Source: Octopus vulgaris (Eukaryota). From it: a stretch of 64,000 nucleotides of DNA. The notes under the pieces were generated by a model. That model saw only the letters and a list, made by a program, of their open reading frames with translations, was not told the origin of the DNA and did not search any database. The translations under genes were made by a program, and so were the position numbers. Below, piece by piece: positions 55,670-64,000 of this stretch. How positions within the stretch are numbered: the stretch's first letter is position 1; each line of letters starts with the position of its first letter. The stretch spans positions 117,986,001 to 118,050,000 of the forward strand of contig OX597822.1 in NCBI GenBank assembly GCA_951406725.2, read 5' to 3'.

Positions 55670-55959
55670 TAATGATCGATTTTGGATCTTTTCTATTCTG
55701 AAGCCAGGACCACAGATCTTTCTACTTAACTAAATAATCTGAAACTTCGTATGCTGATAGAGTCTAGCAAAACAAGACACAGGTTGGAACTAGTTTATTT
55801 GAGAAAAATCTATTTTATGACTTTAATCGTAGATTAAAACTGCGAATTTTAACCAATCAGATTGTTTGTTTTCATGTGTAAAACTTGACTGCATTCTATT
55901 AGTGTGACGTAGAAAGCGCTTTTGTGACGTACTAACGTTCGGAAAACTGTAAACAAACA

Positions 55960-56015
55960 CGGCAGACGAAATACGGCTACGCATTTCGCCCGGCGTGCTA
56001 ACGTTTCTGCCAGCT
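55960..56015 (-). mobile_element. SINE family B head fragment
   Basis: gcatttcgcccggcgtgctaacgtttctgccagctc. Confidence 0.75.
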
Positions 56016-56158
56016 CTTTGCTTTTTTAATATTAAATTTCGGCGAAGTTTCGCTTGTCGTAGCACAAGTTTTCCGTCGATTTCCGTAAAAAACTTTTATT
56101 TTTTTACATAAGTAATGAGAGCGAAAGAGACTAAGAAAAAGCGATTTTATGACGAGGG

Positions 56159-56703
56159 AAGTTTGTCTTTGAAGTTACCGTCTAGGGGAAGCATTGATGT
56201 ACATGTGTGTGTGTGTGTGTGTGTTTGATGGGGTGTGGGAGACAGTATGTTGTGTAAGTGAAGTGCTTCTGTTAGTGTGTGTGAAGAGACAGAGAGAGTA
56301 ATGTGTGAAAGAGAGAGATAACTGAAATTTTTTTACTCGGTGTATGTGTATATGTATGTCTGCATGTATGTGTGTGTGTGTATGTATCTATGTATGTATG
56401 GCCGATTCATCGTAATTACGATGAATCGGCCATACATACATACACACACACACATACATACACACACACACATACTTACACATACATACACACACACATA
56501 CATGCAGACATACATATACACATACACCGAGTAAAAAATTTCAGTTATCTCTCTCTTTCACACATTACTCTCTCTGTCTCTTCACACACACTAACAGAAG
56601 CACTTCACTTACACAACATACTGTCTCCCACACCCCATCAAACACACACACACACACATGTACATCAATGCTTCCCCTAGACGGTAACTTCAAAGACAAA
56701 CTT
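56159..56703. repeat. ~545-bp palindrome with no spacer
   Basis: Centre cgtaa|ttacg at 56415/56416. Arms match except for microsatellite and homopolymer lengths. Confidence 0.97.
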
Positions 56704-56974
56704 TTGTTATTAGAAGGTGGCTGACTATAGCTTGTTTACATTTAAGATGTCTAATACGTCACGAAATTGGTGGTCGAGACGGAGTAAATAAAATAAAGCC
56801 GAATGACGGAATATCATTGGTTAAAATTCTAATTATTAAACAACGTTAAACTTAGAAGTTACAATTCCGTTTTCATTCTGGCCGGTATATTTTGCTTTCG
56901 GTTTTCTTATTGTCTAGAACTGAGTACCGTCCTCAGCGCCATATACCACAGAGCCAGTACCTGTATTTTAAAGC

Positions 56975-57095
56975 CCAGCCTTGTCACATTCTGTGTCATG
57001 TTGAATTTCCCAGGGAACTATGATAAGAGTACGCGTGTCTGTTCCGTTGACCGGATCAACTGGAATCCTCGTCGTCGTGACCGACAGAGTGCCGC
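56975..57095 (+). mobile_element. Fragment of an additional SINE-like repeat
   Basis: ccttgtcacattctgtgtcatgttgaat...gaccggatcaactggaatcctcgtcgtcgtgaccgac; recognised from memory only. Confidence 0.4.
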
Positions 57096-57732
57096 CGAGG
57101 GAATTTTTTTTTAGAACTTCATTTGTGCTAAAGGTTGGGAAAGATGGCTACTCTGTCTCACTCCATATGATAGCAAACTCTCCAGGTACAGGAATCCAAC
57201 AGATGGTGGATATCTTGCATTAAAAGACAATGAAGAAGTTTATATATCAATAGTTATGCGACGTGTCCGTATTTGGGTCTCCTGTGCTTCTTGTGCATCG
57301 GATTATCGACTACGAATAACATAGATACTTCGCTTATCATAGATTAAGGCTGCACAAGGAAAGGAATATAGTTGACTCCATTAAATACATTTCAAAAGTA
57401 TGATTAAAGTCGTGACGCAGATGCTTACTCGTGCTGGGAATCTTGAAGCAAATTCACAGCATGTGTGGAGCAATTTGGATTCTATATCTTTATTATTGTT
57501 TCACACAATCATTTTCACATATATATGTGTGCGTGTGTCTGTGTTTAGTATCTCAGTGTTAGACGTGGATATAATTGTGGTCTATAATAGATTTAATATC
57601 TATTATATAACACTTACATTTACCAGTTCCCCTATTCGTTTCAGGTCCACACTTTTAAACATTTCTCTTTATATATGTGTGTGTGTGCCTCTGTGTGTTT
57701 GGGAATGTGTGTGTGTACGTAATCCATATATA

Positions 57733-57805
57733 TGGTGCTATTAAGTGCTATTAAGTTAGACATGGCCTGGACCAATCTTTAGTCGAAACATATCTAAGTC
57801 TAAGT
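57733..57805 (+). mobile_element. 3'-end stub of the LINE family at 51843-52810
   Basis: tggtgctattaag...ttagacatggcctggaccaa...gtcgaaac followed by a (tctaag)2 tail. Confidence 0.8.
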
Positions 57806-57828
57806 TTATATATACGCATGTATATATG

Positions 57829-57877
<49 letters not shown>

Positions 57878-57989
57878 TTATTTATTTATTTATTTAATTA
57901 TATATATATATATATATATATACATGTGTGTGTATAAGTATGTGTATAATTATATATAGCATGATGCAAACATACGTACACATTTTATT

Positions 57990-58300
57990 GCAAATAACTC
58001 CTTCTTCTACTGAATGCTCATTTTCAAGATTTCTTTTTCAATTCCGACTATTCAAAGACCCTACTCCAAACAATAATCATGTCTGAATAAACTATCCGCT
58101 ACTTTCCTATTCATAGCTTCTTCTGACGCATTTCTTTCAAATGTCAAACTCAAATAACTGGAGCATACAAGCAAATGCGTTCCAACATTTTTTTTTTATT
58201 ATTGGCAATATTAATCAATCGACCAGATTTTGATCTAAAATCGATTTTTACATCCTCATATCGTATTTCTTTTCCAGCCTAATTCAGAATGCATCTGTTT
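57990..58300 (-). pseudogene. Possible decayed Penelope GIY-YIG C-terminus
   Basis: Minus strand shows KIWSI, a Cys-containing segment and SLNSRN in Penelope order. By eye only. Confidence 0.3.
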
Positions 58301-59057
58301 TGCTGTATTCTTTGATTATTTCTCTCTATATATATTTTTGTCTTTTCCCTCCCTTTCTTTCACTTCTGTTATTCTTATCCGCCATTGTTATCATTGCCAA
58401 TGATTGATTGGTTATTTTTTAGTTTAATTTTCTTTTCTTCCTTTGTTATAGTTTTTTTTTTTTTAAAAAAGCGATTATTTCAAGGGTAAACCAAAATATA
58501 ATCGTACTGGTTTCAAATGAAGCGAAATCCATAGAGACTAAACGACAGCTGGCAGCGTCTTTTGTTCTTCTGTGTCTGTCTATGTGGGAGGCAGAACTAA
58601 AAGACACGCAAATATAAGCAAGGAAATGCTTAGTCGATAAAAAGAGTTATACTGTGCTGCAGGTTGTTACTGCGATAAAGAAGCGATACTCACGCGCAGC
58701 TTGTGTTACTGTAATTCTAAAGAGATTGTGGTGATGCTGCAAGTGGTAGCATTGTCTGTAATAGTGGCAGGTGAAGTTGATATAATACAATACATATCAC
58801 TGCTTATCTCTGTGACAATATCACTGAGAAGCTTGATTTAATAGCATTTATCGAAATACTATAATTCTAAAGAGAAACTCTGTCAATAACCAAACACATT
58901 AAAGCTGAACTGAACGAGTGTGTTAAGAATTTGCGGTTTTTTCCTTTTGTTTATTCACTCGCATTTCTTCCTGTGGCTGCGTTTAACATTTAAGTCTCAA
59001 AACCTATAGCTTTTAAAAAGACTAGGATAAAACTATCGAACAATTAAAAATGCCATT

Positions 59058-59165
59058 ATCTTTTACTTGCATTCAGCCATTGGACTGCGGCTAGGCTGGA
59101 GCGCCGCTATGAAGTGTTTAGTTGAGCAAAACGCTCCCTTCTCAGCCCTAGTACTTATCTAAAGT
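59058..59165 (-). mobile_element. SINE family A tail fragment
   Basis: ttttacttgcattcagccattggactgcggctaggctggagcgccgc. Confidence 0.7.
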
Positions 59166-59726
59166 CTGGTTTCATGCGTTGCTACTTCTCAAAACGAAAC
59201 TCTCGACCCACGAGTAAATATTTCAGTGAATATATTAAATAGTTGCCATGAGCAGATACCTAATACTGTACTTACGTAACCTATAGAAACTCCACTATTC
59301 ACCAACTTTCTTCCGTCTACTTTGACGCGTAACATGTCATGAACAGTTAAAGATTTCGATTGTGTCTTCGTTTGCAATCAATAATGAAGGCATTTTAAAA
59401 CGAAACACTCGAGCAGACAAACGTGGTGACAAGCAGAACAGCATTATTAAAGACAAACCTCAACACGAATCATCACTTGGCATTCTAAGATGTACTGCTT
59501 TCTGTTGCTTTCTGTTTTAGGAAAGTAGAATCTAATCGAGTTCTCTGCTGAAGATGTTACTTAACCGTTTATATTTCTTTTAGAGCTGTAAAATGCTTTC
59601 ACTTAGTTTTCTAGCTTTAAATATGCGCGCGCACACACACACGCACGCACACACGCACACACACATACATTTACATAGAAATACATGAGTGTGTGCGATT
59701 GTGTGTGCATACAATATGTGTATATG

Positions 59727-59774
<48 letters not shown>

Positions 59775-59814
59775 TATATATATGTAAATATAGGTATTTA
59801 TATCTATCTATCTA

Positions 59815-59867
<53 letters not shown>

Positions 59868-59892
59868 CTATATATATTTAGATATATATATA

Positions 59893-60288
59893 CTAGCAGT
59901 ATCGCCCGGCGTTGCTCGGGTTTGTAAGGGAAAGAACTATAAAGCATTTTTAGAGAGTTATAGCCAAAACATAGCAAATAAATGCATTAAAAATGGAAAA
60001 AAAATATGGTAATTTTTTTTTAAATCGTTGACTCATCGTAGACATTTTTAGAGAGTTACTTCCCTTATATAATAGCGAAAAAAATGCATTAAAATGGAAA
60101 AAAATGATGGTAAATTATTTTTAAAATCGTAGACTCATCGTAGATGCGCGCTAATACCCAAAAGGGCTCGATATGAATCACGACTATAAGATACCCGGTT
60201 TTGGTTAAACTGCACCGCAAAATGTGGGAGTAGTTAGGAATCTAAATCGTAGGAGACAGAGACACAACCTTACTTTTATATATAAAGA
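59893..60288 (-). mobile_element. Complete non-autonomous Helitron (same family as 54861-55256, opposite orientation)
   Basis: a|CTAGcagtatcgcccggcgttgctcggg ... tatataaaGA|t. Confidence 0.92.
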
Positions 60289-60292
60289 TATA

Positions 60293-60324
<32 letters not shown>

Positions 60325-60349
60325 CTTTATATATATATACACACATATA

Positions 60350-60930
60350 CTAGACTACTCATGACCCGTTGGGTCACCAATATTTCCAGAAAAGGAAAGA
60401 TTTGGTTGCTATTTCTCGCACGCCCTCCTACCACGTAACAGGTATTTCGGGTTCTTTATCGCAAATAGCGGCTACGTGGTAGCAGGGTGTGCTAGAAATA
60501 GTAGCCAAATCTTTGGAAGTGAGATATGTTGAATGCACTCGAAAGAAGCCTATGGAAAAAAATATTTCACACCGAGGTTGCGAACGGGTCTTTTACGAAA
60601 TATTTACCGTATTTTCAAAGTCGTTTTAAAATGAAAATATTTTGCCTATCATAATGCGTCTAATGCAATGGTTAGAGTTTCTTCCCTTTCAGGATTAAGT
60701 TATTTTGGAGTATTTTCCCATTATGCACCATTTGGGGTTTTTTATACCCCCAAAGCCCTGAATATCTCTGGTCCGATTTACGCGAAACTTGTTTTATTCC
60801 GTTTGTATTCACATTTCAGGGACGCTTTACTTACTTTCAAAGTATGCGCCGGTTTGGCTGTGTTACATTGCAAGCAAGCGTGTAAGCATGTGCAAGATTG
60901 AAGTTTTTAATGCAATATATGTATATAATG
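60350..60930 (-). mobile_element. Second Helitron family (3' end clear, 5' end approximate)
   Basis: Minus-strand 3' hairpin tgacccaacgggtca, then tgagtagtCTAG|t. Contains an internal inverted pair at ~60399-60438/60473-60512. Confidence 0.6.
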
Positions 60931-61450
60931 ACCGAAATATATGTTGCTTGGTTGGTTAATTGATTTCTCCTGTCACTCCGTACCGTACATCGTATATAAA
61001 GAGGGAGAGGTATAAATAAAAGTGGAATGCGGAGTGAGCTAATATAAGAGGTGTCGAATAAGTGCACATACCAGGCTTGGTGGCAGGCTATGATAACGTT
61101 TTGAAAAATACACATCTTTTAATGAACTTTTGATGAGATAGATTTTTCAATGAAGTAGACTGTTATTATGTAGATAAAATTTAGAAAATGAGTTACATAT
61201 AATTACTGAAAATACGCTAATGAGTCATTTTTTTATAAATTTAAATTTTATTTTTATGTGATAAATATTTTTTGTTTGGAAATTAGTATTCATTTCATTA
61301 TTTTTGTTTTAAGTACTGAGAAATTCGTTAAAAGTTAAATCATAACTATTGTATTATTATCTGCATGCCATGTTTTCTGACATTAGCCATGGTGGTAATA
61401 ATATGTTCCAAAATTTGTCATATGATGGATTACACTCTAGTGTATGTATT

Positions 61451-61545
<95 letters not shown>

Positions 61546-62042
61546 AAACTAGAGATTGGAATAAATATTTGGTTTTATGTATTCACCATTACACGGGTTT
61601 CATCTGTTAATAGGAGTTACAAAATTATACATGTAGAAGATAACCTACATGCAGGATATCTTCTACGTGTATAATTTTAGTAAACGAAACACGTGTAATG
61701 GTGTATAAATGATACCAAAAACTTTTTTCCAATCCCCTGTTCTGATATATGGAATTGCCCTGCAAAAATTATTTTCCATTATTTTTCAACTTTCATGCAT
61801 GCCTTAGAGAAACATAACATCTACATACAAATGTTTGAATAATGGGGTAAGCAAATGGGCTTCAAAGGAACACAGCTTAGATTATAACCCCATCTACTTA
61901 CTATATATATATATGCATGTCTGTCTGTCTGTCTGTCTGTATGTATGTATGTATGTATGTATGCATGCATGCATATATGCATTATGTATGTGTGCATGTA
62001 TGTATGTATATGTGTATGCTTATTCATAATGTTGGATCTTAA

Positions 62043-62150
62043 GGAAGCAGAAGTCGAAGGCTGCAAGTGGAACTCGAACTCTCATCTCCTGTCATGTTTA
62101 CAGGAGCTGTGGGTTTGAGCCCCACAGCCAGCCTTCGGTTTTTGTTTCTC
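62043..62150 (+). other. ~108-nt imperfect hairpin rich in G-U pairs
   Basis: ggaagcagaagtcgaaggctg...ctcctgt catgttt acaggag...cagccttcggtttttgtttct. Confidence 0.7.
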
Positions 62151-63715
62151 CAGAGGAATTTTTAACCGAATATATACACTCTATTATATCTAGCCTGTCT
62201 GTTTCGACATCCAAATTTCCAATAAAAGATTTATTCCATGTTCTCTTATAACGTCAGTAAATACACATGTCCAATATTCCAACTTGCCATATAAATGTTC
62301 TACTCTTCTTCTTTATTATCATTAATATGGATTACAATAGAACTTCTTTCAACAACGTAGCAATAGTGTCGTCTCTTTCTGTTTACAGTTTTAACCAATT
62401 CAGGTGCTTCCCGTAAATCCCTAAACGACATTAATCGAATTTGCTAATCCGAATGAGCAATGCTATTTCATTTCTTTATCCTGGTCATCTACATAATTGC
62501 TCCAGAATTAATAATTAGAGACTTTATGCAGGATTCTAGAGGTGTGTGAATCTAAATTACAATGAGCGACAACATTTATCGCAAGTACTTTGAGTATTAC
62601 GAAATGAGATAGCTTTTAAACCATTGAATATTGAATACTCTGAGATGGTGTTTCTCATAAACGGCAAGATGGAAAAGGGCAGCAAAATTAGCATGTTTGA
62701 TAAAATTATATGCTTTTACAAATTTCCCACTCATCCAGTAACGAAGGGGAAAGCATTGTAAGGATACAGACTCTCCTTTGTCTTCTCGTTAATATTTCAC
62801 TAATAATATGCTTTACAAATGATTTTGGAAAGGTTGGGGTGTGTAGATCTGAAGATCTCCGAACTAAGTAACATCAATAGGGTGCTATTAATAGGTGGTA
62901 CAACAGCTAATCATTGAGTCACACACACCCCTCACCAAATAAGAAAACTGGTTCACACCACTACTTTGAAAGAGCAAGTCACATGGCTGTTGTTCGACAG
63001 GCCATAAATAACAACCAAATACCCCTCGAATAACTTCTTACCGTCTTAGAGTAAGGTTTCATAAAGCAGTGTAGAATCGAAGATACAAAAAGACGGGATG
63101 CTGACGGCTGGAGTGCTTTTGGTCGTAGATATGGTCAATCAGACAAGATACAGAGTTAAACAACAATTTCCTAAGAAACTTTACTAAAAGAAGATTGCAT
63201 GGTAGTTTTGTTTCGAGGCTTTTTTTCCTTTCCATGTTATTTCGCAAGCTTACAACGAATGTGACATCGAAATCATGCGTAAACGGTTCCTTTCCCCAGA
63301 AAAGGAAATATTTGGATGCTATTTCTCGCACGCCCTCATACCACGTAACAGCAATATCAATAGCAAAATCTTACACACTACACATCATTTTAACTACCAT
63401 CGACATCAAGAAAGCATCTGAATCCATTCCTTGCTATTCATTTATATACTAGATATCCAACACCTCCTTTTACAAATGACACAACACGGATCACCAAGTG
63501 TATTTATAGGGTACACAGTATTGGATATACTCTTGGGGTTTAAGAACTGCAGCTCAGGAGCCTCCGCCGAGCAGAAGGCCCCCGAGGGTTAAGTAAAATG
63601 TTATTGAAAATATCACTGGAAAATTCATGTTACTCACTAAGTATACATGACCAGTATCCAAACATGCCATGAACGTGTTCTGACATTTCGTTGATTATTG
63701 TTATTCATACGGAAT

Positions 63716-63930
63716 AAGGCGGCAAGCCGGCAGAATCGTTAGCACACTGGACGAAATGCTTAGCAGTATTTCGCCCATCGCTACGTTCTGAGTTCAAATT
63801 CTGCTGAGGTCAACTTTGCCTTTCATCCTTTCGGGGTCGATGAAATAAATACCAGTTGAACACTGGGGTCGATGTGATCCACTCATCCCTTTTCCCGAAA
63901 CTGCTGCCTTTGTGGCAAAATTTGAAACCA
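63716..63930 (+). mobile_element. SINE family B
   Basis: ggcagaatcgttagcac...gagttcaaattctgctgaggtcaactttgcctttcatcctttcggggtcga. Confidence 0.9.
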
Positions 63931-64000
63931 TTATTATTCAAACAGAATAATGCAAAAGTTGAGTTTCAATAACGTTGCGACAATGTCGCCACTTTCTCTT

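Overview
Eukaryotic, AT-rich, microsatellite-saturated genomic DNA. The tRNA-derived SINE families look like those of octopod cephalopods (Octopus); this assignment is an inference from recall, not a search. Only one convincing host coding exon is present: 11319-12505 (+), with ATG at 11440. It encodes a ~325-aa Ser/Arg-rich N-terminus followed by a transmembrane helix and Trp, which resembles TM1 of the claudin/PMP22 tetraspan superfamily. No further exon could be recognised, so the remaining ~51 kb is probably one large intron. The rest is transposon debris: three SINE families, R4/Dong-clade non-LTR fragments in (TAA)n tracts, two young 5'-truncated CR1-group LINEs, non-autonomous Helitrons, a mariner fragment, a piggyBac-like end and decayed Penelope-like remnants. 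The most unusual signal is a set of sequence-unrelated, (TA)n-flanked fold-back elements (15332-16686, 16798-17204, 50861-51106, plus decayed relatives). Each carries a minimal type-I hammerhead ribozyme motif with a short, mostly palindromic stem III, paired with its own antisense copy. A 545-bp zero-spacer palindrome, a G-U-biased hairpin, and a covarying 3' tail shared by a SINE and a LINE also stand out. Nearly all other listed ORFs are microsatellite translations.
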